Assembly (NCBI RefSeq): GCF_030384885.1 | Contig: NZ_CP128613.1 | Length of the DNA stretch: 64,000 nt | Source of the DNA: Escherichia coli | GTDB taxonomy: Bacteria; Pseudomonadota; Gammaproteobacteria; Enterobacterales; Enterobacteriaceae | Strand: one strand, 5' to 3' | Part shown: positions 39,612 to 48,860 of the stretch, piece after piece | Layout of the letters: the number at the start of each line of letters is the position of its first letter | How positions within the stretch are numbered: position 1 is the first letter of the stretch | Position numbers and translations under genes: made by a program | Notes under the pieces: model-generated | Seen by the model: the letters and a program-made list of their open reading frames with translations, nothing else | Told to the model about the DNA's origin: nothing | Database searches by the model: none

Positions 39612-39845
39612 ATGCGTAATATTGAAACCCTCTCGACCAAAACCGGACCGGATGACGCAGGGCTTAATATTTTACTGACAGAGGCTCGTCTGGAAGAACG
39701 CCGGGCAAGGGCTGAAGCAATGGCAGCTCGCCTTGATAGCCTGGCGTGTCATATCACATCCCGCCAGCTAACCCACGTCGAAGCGGCAGAACTGCTTCGT
39801 GTGACTGCTGAAGCAATCCAGAACGAAGCGCAGGAGATCCACTGA
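39612..39845 (+). CDS. Hypothetical phage protein (77 aa)
   Basis: ATG at 39612 with AGGAG 9 nt upstream. Stop overlaps the next start (ATGA-type coupling at 39842-39847). Confidence 0.55.
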   Translation: MRNIETLSTKTGPDDAGLNILLTEARLEERRARAEAMAARLDSLACHITSRQLTHVEAAELLRVTAEAIQNEAQEIH

Positions 39846-40072
39846 TGGCTGATGCAATGGATCTCGTACAGCAGCGCGTTGAAGAAGAACGCCAACGCCA
39901 TATCCGTGCTGCCCGTGCCAAAACGCCGGGCGTGTCCCGCGTGCTTTGCATTGAGTGTGAAGCGCCAATTCCGCCAGCACGCCGCCGTGCCATTCCGGGT
40001 GTGCAGCTTTGCATTACCTGTCAGGAAATCGCAGAGCTGAAAGGCAAACATTACAACGGAGGTGCTGTATGA
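39845..40072 (+). CDS. TraR/DksA-family C4 zinc-finger protein
   Basis: 75 aa with CIECEAPIPPARRRAIPGVQLCITCQ (CxxC-N17-CxxC), typical of P2/186 early operons. Confidence 0.8.
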   Translation: MADAMDLVQQRVEEERQRHIRAARAKTPGVSRVLCIECEAPIPPARRRAIPGVQLCITCQEIAELKGKHYNGGAV

Positions 40073-40926
40073 GCACCATCCTGAAATGGGCGGGAAATAA
40101 AACTGCCATAATGTCCGAACTGAAAAAACATCTTCCTGCTGGCCCGCGACTGGTTGAACCTTTCGCGGGTTCCTGTGCTGTGATGATGGAGACGGATTAT
40201 CCCAGCTATCTGGTTGCGGATATTAATCCTGATTTAATCAACCTCTATAAAAAGGTTGCCGCTGATTGTGAATCGTTTATATCTCGCGCCAGAGTTTTAT
40301 TTGAGATCGCAAACAGGGAGGTGGCTTATTACAACATAAGGCAGGAGTTTAATTACTCAACTGAAATTACTGATTTCATGAAAGCGGTATATTTCCTGTA
40401 TCTCAATCGTCACGGTTACCGTGGTTTATGTCGCTATAACAAGAGCGGGCATTTCAACATTCCCTACGGTAATTATAAAAATCCGTATTTCCCTGAAAAA
40501 GAAATTCGCGCATTTGCAGAAAAGGCCCAGCGAGCAACGTTTATCTGCGCCAGCTTTGATGAAACGCTGGCGATGTTGAAGGCGGGGGATGTGGTGTATT
40601 GCGATCCGCCGTATGACGGTACGTTTTCCGGCTATCACACTGACGGCTTCACTGAAGATGACCAGTATCACCTGGCATCTGTTCTTGAACATCGGTCATC
40701 AGAAGGACATCCGGTCATTGTTTCTAACAGTGACACATCCCTGATCCGTTCGCTGTATCGCAATTTTACTCACCACTACATCAAGGCAAAACGCAGCATC
40801 GGTGTGGCAGCTGGCGAGGGTAAATCAGCAACAGAAATCATTGCTGTTTCCGGGCCGCGCTGCTGGGTGGGATTTGATTATTCGCGTGGCGTGGATAGTT
40901 CTGCCGTGTACGGAGTACGTGCATGA
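40069..40926 (+). CDS. dam: Phage DNA adenine methyltransferase (Dam, GATC-type, N6-MTase)
   Basis: ORF 40009..40926; the internal Met gives [11 protein letters not shown]...[10 protein letters not shown] (SAM motif) and VYCDPPY (catalytic DPPY). Start overlaps the upstream stop. Confidence 0.85.
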   Translation: MSTILKWAGNKTAIMSELKKHLPAGPRLVEPFAGSCAVMMETDYPSYLVADINPDLINLYKKVAADCESFISRARVLFEIANREVAYYNIRQEFNYSTEITDFMKAVYFLYLNRHGYRGLCRYNKSGHFNIPYGNYKNPYFPEKEIRAFAEKAQRATFICASFDETLAMLKAGDVVYCDPPYDGTFSGYHTDGFTEDDQYHLASVLEHRSSEGHPVIVSNSDTSLIRSLYRNFTHHYIKAKRSIGVAAGEGKSATEIIAVSGPRCWVGFDYSRGVDSSAVYGVRA

Positions 40927-43337
40927 GTCATGCCGATATGAACAACTGCTGCGGCTTTAACGAAGCTGCCGCATCGTTCTCATGGAACAGCCCGAAAAAG
41001 GCCATTAACCCTTATCTGGACCCGGCGGAAGTTGCGCCGGTTTCTGCGCTTTCAAACCTGATCACTCTGTACGCTACTGATAACGAGCAGGAACAACTGC
41101 GCCGCGAGGCACTGAGTGATCAGGTCTGGGAGCGTTATTTCTTTAATGAATCCCGTGATCCTGTCCAACGCGAAATGGAGCAGGATAAGCTCATTAGCCG
41201 GGCAAAGATGGCGCATGAGCAGCAGCGTTTTAATCCAGACATGGTCATTCTGACTGACGTCAACGCCCAGCCTTCCCATATCAGCAAGCCGCTGATGCAA
41301 CGTATTGAATATTTCAGCAGCCTGGGCAGGCCAAAGGCTTATTCCCGCTATTTGCGTGAGACGATTAAGCCATGTCTGGAACGACTGGAGCATGTACGCG
41401 ACAGCCAGCTATCTGCATCTTTTCGTTTTATGGCAAGCCATGAAGGGCTGGACGGTCTGCTGATCCTGCCTGAAATGAGTCAGGATCAGGTGAAACGCCT
41501 GTCTACCCTTGTCGCTGCGCATATGAGCATGTGTCTTGATGCCGCTTGTGGTGATTTGTACGCCTCCGATGATGTTAAGCCAGAAGAAATCCGCAAGACA
41601 TGGGAAAAGGTGGCTGCAGAAACCCTGCGACTGGATGTCATACCGCCTGCGTTTGAGCAACTCCGCCGGAAAAGAAACCGCCGCAAACCTGTGCCTTATG
41701 AACTCATTCCGGGTTCGCTGGCGCGTATGCTGTGCGCCGACTGGTGGTATCGGAAATTATGGAAGATACGTTGCGAATGGCGGGAAGAGCAGTTGCGTGC
41801 TGTCTGCCTGGTCAGCAAAAAAGCATCTCCCTATGTCAGCTATGAAGCCGTGATGCATAAACGTGAGCAGCGCCGTAAGTCGCTGGAGTTTTTCCGTTCT
41901 CATGAACTGGTGAACGAAGACGGCGACACGCTGAACATGGAGGATGTGGTAAACACCAGCAGCAGCAACCCGGCGCATCGCCGCAACGAGATGATGGCCT
42001 GTGTTAAAGGCCTAGAGCTTATCGCGGAAATGCGTGGTGACTGCGCCGTTTTCTACACCATCACCTGTCCGTCACGTTTCCATTCCACGCTAAATAACGG
42101 CAGGCCAAACCCGACCTGGACCAACGCGACAGTAAGACAAAGCAGCGATTATCTGGTCGGCATGTTTGCTGCATTTCGTAAGGCTATGCACAAAGCCGGG
42201 TTGCGCTGGTATGGCGTGCGGGTGGCTGAGCCGCATCATGACGGCACAGTTCACTGGCACCTGTTGTGTTTCATGCGCAAAAAAGACCGCCGCGCCATTA
42301 CTGCATTGTTGCGTAAGTTTGCCATCCGTGAAGACCGCGAGGAGCTGGGCAATAACACGGGGCCACGCTTTAAGTCTGAGCTGATAAACCCGCGCAAAGG
42401 AACGCCGACAAGCTACATTGCGAAATATATCAGTAAGAATATTGACGGGCGTGGTCTGGCTGGCGAGATCAGTAAGGAAACGGGTAAATCCCTGCGTGAT
42501 AACGCTGAATACGTTAATGCCTGGGCGTCTCTGCATCGTGTTCAGCAATTCCGCTTCTTTGGCATTCCGGGGCGTCAGGCTTACCGTGAACTGCGATTGC
42601 TGGCTGGTCAGGCGGCAAGGCAACAGGGTGACAAAAAAGCAGGTGCGCCGGTACTGGATAACCCGCGCCTTGATGCCATCCTGGCTGCTGCTGATGCTGG
42701 TTGTTTTGCCTCCTACATCATGAAGCAGGGCGGCGTACTGGTTCCCCGCAAATATCACCTCATCAGAACCGCTTATGAAATCAACGAAGAGCCGACCGCC
42801 TATGGCGATCACGGTATTCGTATTTATGGCATCTGGTCACCCATTGCAGAGGGCAAGATCTGCACTCATGCAGTGAAGTGGAAAATGGTTCGTAAGGCCG
42901 TTGACGTTCAGGAGGCGGCAGCCGACCAGGGCGCTTGCGCCCCTTGGACTCGTGGCAATAACTGTCCCCTTGCTGAAAATTTGAACCAACAGGAGAAAGA
43001 TAAATCAGCTGATGGGGACACCAGAACGGACATTACCCGCATGGATGACAAGGAGTTGCACGATTACCTGCACAGTATGAGCAAAAAAGAGCGCCGGGAA
43101 CTGGCTGCAAGGTTACGCCAGGTGAAACCGAAACGGCGTAAAGACTACAAACAGCGAATTACAGACCATCAGCGACAGCAGCTCGTCTATGAACTGAAGT
43201 CCAGGGGATTTGATGGCAGTGAGAAAGAAGTCGATTTGCTCCTTCGCGGTGGCAGTATTCCGTCAGGAGCAGGCCTGCGTATTTTCTATCGGAACCAGCG
43301 TCTGAAGGAAGATGATAAGTGGCGGAACCTGTATTAA
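40923..43337 (+). CDS. A: P2 gpA/186 A-type rolling-circle replication initiator endonuclease
   Basis: 804 aa. HUH-type region [16 protein letters not shown] and active-site Tyr region [15 protein letters not shown]. Position after dam. Confidence 0.85.
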   Translation: MSHADMNNCCGFNEAAASFSWNSPKKAINPYLDPAEVAPVSALSNLITLYATDNEQEQLRREALSDQVWERYFFNESRDPVQREMEQDKLISRAKMAHEQQRFNPDMVILTDVNAQPSHISKPLMQRIEYFSSLGRPKAYSRYLRETIKPCLERLEHVRDSQLSASFRFMASHEGLDGLLILPEMSQDQVKRLSTLVAAHMSMCLDAACGDLYASDDVKPEEIRKTWEKVAAETLRLDVIPPAFEQLRRKRNRRKPVPYELIPGSLARMLCADWWYRKLWKIRCEWREEQLRAVCLVSKKASPYVSYEAVMHKREQRRKSLEFFRSHELVNEDGDTLNMEDVVNTSSSNPAHRRNEMMACVKGLELIAEMRGDCAVFYTITCPSRFHSTLNNGRPNPTWTNATVRQSSDYLVGMFAAFRKAMHKAGLRWYGVRVAEPHHDGTVHWHLLCFMRKKDRRAITALLRKFAIREDREELGNNTGPRFKSELINPRKGTPTSYIAKYISKNIDGRGLAGEISKETGKSLRDNAEYVNAWASLHRVQQFRFFGIPGRQAYRELRLLAGQAARQQGDKKAGAPVLDNPRLDAILAAADAGCFASYIMKQGGVLVPRKYHLIRTAYEINEEPTAYGDHGIRIYGIWSPIAEGKICTHAVKWKMVRKAVDVQEAAADQGACAPWTRGNNCPLAENLNQQEKDKSADGDTRTDITRMDDKELHDYLHSMSKKERRELAARLRQVKPKRRKDYKQRITDHQRQQLVYELKSRGFDGSEKEVDLLLRGGSIPSGAGLRIFYRNQRLKEDDKWRNLY

Positions 43338-43429
43338 TTACGCGGGTTAACAATTCGTGCCCTTAATAATACCAGGCATATCAGGCTGATGAATGTAAAA
43401 AAACGTTTTACATCAGTAAGATTATTATA

Positions 43430-43449
43430 TACTGTAAATATAAACAGTG
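43430..43449. promoter_or_regulatory. LexA (SOS) box upstream of the tum-like operon
   Basis: tACTGtaaatataaaCAGtg = CTG-N10-CAG with an AT-rich core, 40 nt upstream of the ATG at 43490. Phage 186 tum is known to be LexA-controlled. Confidence 0.8.
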
Positions 43450-43489
43450 GTTATCTATACAGTATTGCTTTGGTGTCATAGGAGGAAAG

Positions 43490-43678
43490 ATGCAGGACTA
43501 TTTTTTGGAGTCTTTGAAGCTCCAGCGCATTGATTTTTTTCTTAAGCTTGTAGCGGCTAGTGAGTGTAGTGATGAAGAGAAGGGGCTGGCTCTGCAGTGG
43601 GTTTCTGAACTGACAGATGAACTCATGGCAAAAATCAGAACCCACGAATACAACCGCTCAATGGATGTCATCAGCTGA
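43490..43678 (+). CDS. Small protein at the Tum N-terminal position (putative antirepressor part)
   Basis: 62 aa; GGAGGA SD. Immediately downstream of the LexA box and 10 nt upstream of the DinI-like ORF. Confidence 0.55.
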   Translation: MQDYFLESLKLQRIDFFLKLVAASECSDEEKGLALQWVSELTDELMAKIRTHEYNRSMDVIS

Positions 43679-43688
43679 GGTGACTTTT

Positions 43689-43922
43689 ATGCGCATTGAA
43701 ATAATGATCGATAAAGAGCAGAAGATTAGCCAGTCTACCCTGGACGCCCTTGAATCCGAGCTTTACCGCAATCTGCGCCCCCTGTATCCCAAAACGGTAA
43801 TCCGTATCCGTAAAGGTAGCTCTAACGGTGTGGAACTGACCGGACTGCAACTGGACGAAGAAAGAAAACAAGTGATGAAAATTATGCAGAAGGTGTGGGA
43901 AGACGACAGCTGGCTGCATTGA
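43689..43922 (+). CDS. DinI-family protein (Tum C-terminal-like)
   Basis: ORF 43617..43922; the internal Met at 43689 (SD tGAGGTGa) gives MRIEIMIDKEQKISQSTLDALESELYRNLRPLYPKTVIRIRKGSSNGVELTGL...VWEDDSWL, a DinI-like sequence. Confidence 0.75.
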   Translation: MRIEIMIDKEQKISQSTLDALESELYRNLRPLYPKTVIRIRKGSSNGVELTGLQLDEERKQVMKIMQKVWEDDSWLH

Positions 43923-44035
43923 TTTTGTCAATAGACGCTTGTTTTTACTAATCAAAAAGGGTTACATATGAGTGAGAGGCGATGTCAATCAGATATCGCC
44001 TTGTTTTTTGTCAAGAAAAGAATAATAGGCTAAAA

Positions 44036-44713
44036 ATGAAAATTAATAATGTAGCGTTACCAATATCTCTTGCTGTAATCCTAACTGGTTGCGTGCCACA
44101 TGCTTCTAACCGAAATATCACTGCTATTGAAGTGGTGAAGCCTGCTATTGGGCAAAGTGCTACCGCCTACATGGGCGATCCCATTATCACATCTGCTACT
44201 GGATTTAAAACGGACGTACTAGAACTTGGTGCGGCTAATGGTGCATTGTCTTCTATCGCTGCTGGTACATATTGCAGTGAGGGGAATGGAATTTACCGCA
44301 ATTATCATAACCCTCAAGCTGTTGCGTTAAAAAATCTCTATGGGCAAATCGGTAACTATGTTGATTATGTTAGTTACGATGCTGCAAAAAATGAGATATC
44401 ACCGCCAAATGGTACTTCTTATACTGCATCAGAAATTTCTATCAAACGTGTTCCTGATGGGCTGTGTCGAGTTAGTAACTCATTGGTTAAGACTATCGAA
44501 TACAATGGAAATGCAGGCGGTGTAATGAAGTTCACCTATCGTGAATTTGCAAACGATATGGCTCGTGCAGCATTTACAACAGATTTTTCTGTAGATTCTA
44601 AGGGAAGTGACGTTATCGCTTACAAAGGTGCCAAGTTCAAAGTGAACAAGGCTGATAACTCGTCTATTTCTTATACAATTATTTCTGGCTTTGACAAGGC
44701 TGTCACGTTCTAG
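44036..44713 (+). CDS. Prophage cargo lipoprotein (225 aa)
   Basis: ORF 43982..44713; the internal Met gives MKINNVALPISLAVILTGC (lipobox LTGC). No recognisable domain. Confidence 0.65.
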   Translation: MKINNVALPISLAVILTGCVPHASNRNITAIEVVKPAIGQSATAYMGDPIITSATGFKTDVLELGAANGALSSIAAGTYCSEGNGIYRNYHNPQAVALKNLYGQIGNYVDYVSYDAAKNEISPPNGTSYTASEISIKRVPDGLCRVSNSLVKTIEYNGNAGGVMKFTYREFANDMARAAFTTDFSVDSKGSDVIAYKGAKFKVNKADNSSISYTIISGFDKAVTF

Positions 44714-44817
44714 GTTTCACGCTTACTGAGTATGTTACGATTTTGCACATTCTGCATAAACGCGCATGTCTATGCTGCATGAGATCGCATGATCGTTTGA
44801 GGATCTTTTGTGTTAAG

Positions 44818-44841
44818 GCCCGCCAGTTCTGGCGGGCTTTT
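44818..44841 (+). terminator. Rho-independent terminator after the lipoprotein gene
   Basis: gcccgccag-tt-ctggcgggc followed by tttt. Confidence 0.75.
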
Positions 44842-45038
44842 GCGTAGATCATGCAGGTGCATGAAAACCACTACATAAAGCGGGCAGGCGTGGCGGGGAT
44901 ACGAGCGCGCGTTATGACAAATAGATGATTAGCCTGATTTATTCACAGCTGTATAAATGATCACCTTGTAATTAGGTAAGTAATGTCTTCTATTATCATT
45001 GATTTGATAGGATTAATCTGTTTTTTGAGGATTAGAGG

Positions 45039-47375
45039 ATGATTGAAGAGGTAGTTATTGACAAAGTAGGCTCATATAATGGCCCTACTCAGCTTTTACA
45101 TGGGCTTTCTAAATTTAACTATTTATATGGAGCTAATGGTGCAGGTAAAACAACTATAAGTAAAATTATTAATGACCCTGAACAATATCCAACATGTCCG
45201 ATTAAATGGAAAAATAATATATCTTTAATAAGCTACGTATATAATAAAGATTTTGTTGAAAGAAATTTTAGTCAAGATAAAATTAAAGGTGTATTTACCC
45301 TTGGTAGCGATCTTAAGGAGGATGAAGAGAAATTAATATCTCTTGAAGAAGAAAAAAATAAGCTAATAGAATCTATTATAGCAAAGGAAAAGCTAATAGA
45401 TGGTGGTGATAATATATTAGGCGTTGTTAAACAAATCGAAGACCATGAAAAATCTTTTAAAGATTCATGTTGGAAGCAAAAAGTAAAACATGATAATGTG
45501 TTCTCAAAGGCTTTTGAGGGATTAAGGAATAGTAGTGAAAAATTTAAAGCTAGAGTGTTGGCTGAGTATGAAAATAACACATCAGAAGTTTGCTCAATAG
45601 CAGAGCTAATTGAGAAAGCAAAAATTGTTTTTTCTACTGAATTGACATCACATGTATCAATTACAATTCCATCCTTCAATGGGATAGATGATATTTTGAG
45701 TAGGGAGATTTGGAGTGAGCGTATTCTAGGGAAAAAAGACGTTAGTGTTTCAGACTTAATTACAATGCTCAATAACAGTGATTGGGTTAAGGAAGGTTTA
45801 ACATATTTCAGTAAATCTAATCCCAAGTGCCCATTCTGCCAGCAGGATGTAAATGATAATATATTTGATAATCTATCATCATATTTTGATAAAACATATG
45901 AGTTAAAAAAAAGAGAAATCGATGCATTGGTTTTACAATATGAACATCAACTTAATAATATCTTGCAGGCGATAGATGATATAAGGGCGATTAAATCTCC
46001 ATTCATAAATTATGAAGTGTTTGAGGATAAGGCTAAGATAGTATTATCTGAATTAAACAAGAATTTTGAATTGGCAAAAAATAAACGCAATTTTTTAAGT
46101 GAATCAGTTCATTTTAGTGACTTAAGTGAAGTTGTTGATGATTTTATTTCTTTTTTGAATGATTCAAATCTATTGATAGATAATAATAACAAAATACACA
46201 GTAATAGAAAGGTAGAGGCTAGTAATCTTTCTAATCAGATATGGGCATATATCGTAAAGGTGGAGTTAAAGTCTGAAATAACTTCTTACCGTAGCGAATC
46301 TGATAAATTTAATAGGAAGTTACAAGGGCTTAAATCTGGGTTAGAGGAAGACAAAAAGAAGTTAATGTTAAATGCTTCGGCTATTGAGGCAATTGAGTCT
46401 AATAAAACCAGTACTCTTCCAACTATTACAAAAATTAACAAGATTCTGGATTCTTATGGCTTCAAAAATTTTTACTTAAAACCCTCCGAAGATAAAAAGC
46501 ATTATATGATAGTGAGAGATAGTGGAGATAATGCTCGTACAACCCTTAGCGAGGGAGAAAAGACATTTATCACTTTTTTGTATTTTTATAGCCTTGTTAG
46601 AGGGAGTGATAATGCATCAGGTGTTTTAGATGATCGTGTTGTAGTATTTGATGATCCAATTTCAAGTTTAGATAGTGATATTCTGTTTATTGTAAGTTCG
46701 TTGATTAAAGATTTAATGGAGGATGTTCGTAAGGATGAAGGAAATATTAAGCAAATTATATTCCTTACACATAATATTTATTTTCATAAAGAGTTGACTT
46801 TTAATACTAAAAGATCCGGTAATCAAGCAATGAAAGAGGAGACTTTTTGGATTGTAAGGAAAAAAGGGAAGGTCTCATATCTTGAAAAGTGCGAATCAAA
46901 CCCAATAAAAACGTCTTATGATTTGCTCTGGTGCGAATTGAGAAGAACAGATATTAATAATAATACTATACAAAATACAATGCGAAGGATTTTGGAGAAT
47001 TACTTTAAGATATTAGGTGGGATGGATATTAGGAAGCTTGAATGTCATTTTTATGGTGATGAAAAAATCATATTTAAATCTTTAGTGTCATGGATTAATG
47101 ATGGTTCTCATTTTGCAGGTGATGATCTTTATATGAATTTAGATACGGAGTCTGTGCAAAAATATTTAATTGTTTTTCAGAAGATATTTGAGTGTAGTGA
47201 GCATACTGCCCATTACAAAATGATGATGGGTGAGTTTTATAGACCGTTAAATGAGTCACTTCATCTACAAGATGAGTTTGATATTGATGATAGTGCGAAT
47301 GATGAGTATGCTTCGTCAAAAATTGAGATAGAAGATGGAATAAACACATCTCTACATAGTAATACATATTTGTAA
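45039..47375 (+). CDS. RloC/PrrC-like ABC-type ATPase (AAA_13-like) with coiled-coil CxxC hook and putative C-terminal anticodon-nuclease region
   Basis: 778 aa, AT-rich. Walker A GANGAGKTT, signature LSEGEKTF, Walker B VVVFDDPISSLD, H-loop FLTHN, a long Lys/Glu-rich insert containing KCPFCQQ, and a C-terminal MRRILENYF...NDGSH motif. Confidence 0.65.
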   Translation: MIEEVVIDKVGSYNGPTQLLHGLSKFNYLYGANGAGKTTISKIINDPEQYPTCPIKWKNNISLISYVYNKDFVERNFSQDKIKGVFTLGSDLKEDEEKLISLEEEKNKLIESIIAKEKLIDGGDNILGVVKQIEDHEKSFKDSCWKQKVKHDNVFSKAFEGLRNSSEKFKARVLAEYENNTSEVCSIAELIEKAKIVFSTELTSHVSITIPSFNGIDDILSREIWSERILGKKDVSVSDLITMLNNSDWVKEGLTYFSKSNPKCPFCQQDVNDNIFDNLSSYFDKTYELKKREIDALVLQYEHQLNNILQAIDDIRAIKSPFINYEVFEDKAKIVLSELNKNFELAKNKRNFLSESVHFSDLSEVVDDFISFLNDSNLLIDNNNKIHSNRKVEASNLSNQIWAYIVKVELKSEITSYRSESDKFNRKLQGLKSGLEEDKKKLMLNASAIEAIESNKTSTLPTITKINKILDSYGFKNFYLKPSEDKKHYMIVRDSGDNARTTLSEGEKTFITFLYFYSLVRGSDNASGVLDDRVVVFDDPISSLDSDILFIVSSLIKDLMEDVRKDEGNIKQIIFLTHNIYFHKELTFNTKRSGNQAMKEETFWIVRKKGKVSYLEKCESNPIKTSYDLLWCELRRTDINNNTIQNTMRRILENYFKILGGMDIRKLECHFYGDEKIIFKSLVSWINDGSHFAGDDLYMNLDTESVQKYLIVFQKIFECSEHTAHYKMMMGEFYRPLNESLHLQDEFDIDDSANDEYASSKIEIEDGINTSLHSNTYL

Positions 47376-47424
47376 TTTTATTGCAATTGCCAGTAGCAAC
47401 AATACGGTACTGGCAACTAATATT

Positions 47425-47965
47425 TTAGTTAAGCTCATATGGAGAAAATTCTATAAGTTTCTCCCCGAGCCATGCGTTTATTTCCATAAATCGTTTTTGC
47501 AAAGGAATTAATTCATTTATCACAAAAACCTTACTAGCCTTCTCCACATCCCCAAACCCCCCAACATTATTAGGCATTATCCCCATCATTTGCGGCGGCA
47601 CACGGTGTGCCGCCATCATGTCGTCCCGGCTCACGTTCTTGATATTCAGAAACTCATCCTTCGCCGCGACTTCTGACAACGGGATAATCTGAAGCCCGTC
47701 CTTTTTGCCGTTAGGAGAGTACATAAACAGGTTGCGGAAGTTGCCTGGCCCTTTGGCACTTTTCATTGCGTTGCGGAGGTTGTTCACATCTTCTTGGTTC
47801 TGTGCGGCATCGGTCATGTACATGATGAAACCTGCATGGCTGCCGTTGATGTAATACTTACGGCGGAACAGTGTGGCGGACTCGTTGAGCAGGGCTGACG
47901 GGATGGCAGAGAGATAACCTGGCAGGCCGTAGATCTCCTGGTTGATGTCCGGTTCCGCCCTTAAT
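47425..47965 (-). pseudogene. P2 gpQ-type portal protein, C-terminal ~180 codons only
   Basis: Minus-strand frame reads ...AEPDINQEIYGLPGYLSAIPSALLNESATLFRRKYYINGSHAGFIMYMTDAAQNQEDVNNL...PPQMMGIMPNN, matching recalled P2 Q. The N-terminal half is missing (junction near 47965). Confidence 0.7.
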
Positions 47966-48335
47966 CATCTCAACCATGCGTTACAGCTCGATCCCCGCTG
48001 TGGCGTGAAAAAAGACAAACAGCAGCTGGAGCGCAGACTGCGCAATGACAGCCGCTGACAGAACGTGCCCCCGCGCACGGGCGGCACGGGGTGGCGAAAG
48101 GCACAGCCACATCAAAACCCCGTCCACCGCCCTTTATTTCAGGAGAAAGCAGCATGAAGTTTGTTGCGCCAGAACAGGCACCGGAACAGGCGGAAATCAT
48201 CAGAAACACGCCGTTCTGGCCTGATGTGGACCTGTCGGAGTTTCGCAGTGTCATGCGCACTGACGGCACGGTGACGCAGCCGCGTTTAAAGCAGGTTGCG
48301 CTGTCGGCAATTTCGGAGGTCAACGCACCGATACG
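47966..48335 (+). pseudogene. Late-gene relics: C-terminal tail of a gpM-like gene (tentative) and N-terminal ~60 codons of gpL head-completion protein
   Basis: ...LDPRCGVKKDKQQLERRLRNDSR* ends at 48058. Then AGGAGA SD and MKFVAPEQAPEQAEIIRNTPFWPDVDLSEFRSVMRTDGTVTQPRLKQVALSAISEVN (ATG 48154), gpL-like, which loses similarity after ~48330. Confidence 0.5.
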
Positions 48336-48497
48336 ACCATTTGCATTGATGTAAACAAAGTGAAGTTCTTCCATGTGAAACCTCTTTGCATGATTTCAAG
48401 ATGGCGACAGGCAAGATGGACGCAAAAGTCTGTCGCCATTTTGCCGCCACTACCAAAGAAAAAGGGGCTACGCTTTCACGTAACCCCTTGATTTATT

Positions 48498-48860
48498 TGG
48501 TGGAGCTGGCGGGAGTTGAACCCGCGTCCGAAATTCCTACATCCTCGGTACTACATGCTTAGTCAGTCTTTACATTCGCTTGCCAGCTGCGGACGGACAC
48601 GCCACTAACAAACTAGCCTGATTAAGTTTTAACGCTTCAACCCCAGGCAGGGCTTCCACGCGATCTCTTTTGGGTTTGACCTCTCTTGATCCCCGTCCTA
48701 AGAGCGGAGGCTAGGGAGAGAGGGCTCTAAGCAGGTTATTAAGCTGCTAAAGCGTAGTTTTCGTCGTTTGCGACTATTTTTTGCGGCTTTTTACGAGGCC
48801 AACCGCCCCTCGGCATGCACCTTGGGTTTCGCAAATCCCGTCGAATCCAGAATCAGCCCC
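48498..48860 (-). ncRNA. ssrA: tmRNA (SsrA), 363 nt
   Basis: Reverse complement starts ggggctgattctggattcgacgggatttgcgaaaccc and ends ...ggacgcgggttcaactcccgccagctccacca. Tag reading frame gcaaacgacgaaaactacgctttagcagcttaa (ANDENYALAA*) is present at 48739-48771. Confidence 0.97.

Larger units (their letters stand above)
34184..48497. mobile_element. Cryptic Fels-2/186-like (P2-family) prophage remnant integrated in ssrA
   Basis: Flanked by 38-bp direct repeats of the ssrA 3' end. Gene order is int-cI-apl-cII-...-traR-dam-gpA-tum as in 186/Fels-2. Only fragments of portal Q, gpM and gpL remain from the late region. Confidence 0.85.

Noticed and set aside
42090-42812. 240-aa minus-strand ORF inside gpA
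   Set aside because: It is antisense to the replication initiator, whose frame carries the HUH/Tyr motifs, and it has no start context.
45272-45826. 184-aa minus-strand ORF inside the RloC-like gene
   Set aside because: It is antisense within an AT-rich gene, and its translation is Ser/Leu/Phe-rich low complexity. The plus-strand frame carries all the ATPase motifs.
47970-48374. 134-aa minus-strand ORF across the late-gene relics
   Set aside because: Only its first ~17 codons have a plausible SD and start. The rest is antisense to the gpL- and gpM-like fragments and reads as Cys/Arg/Ala-rich nonsense, so I treated it as a truncated gene start rather than a CDS.
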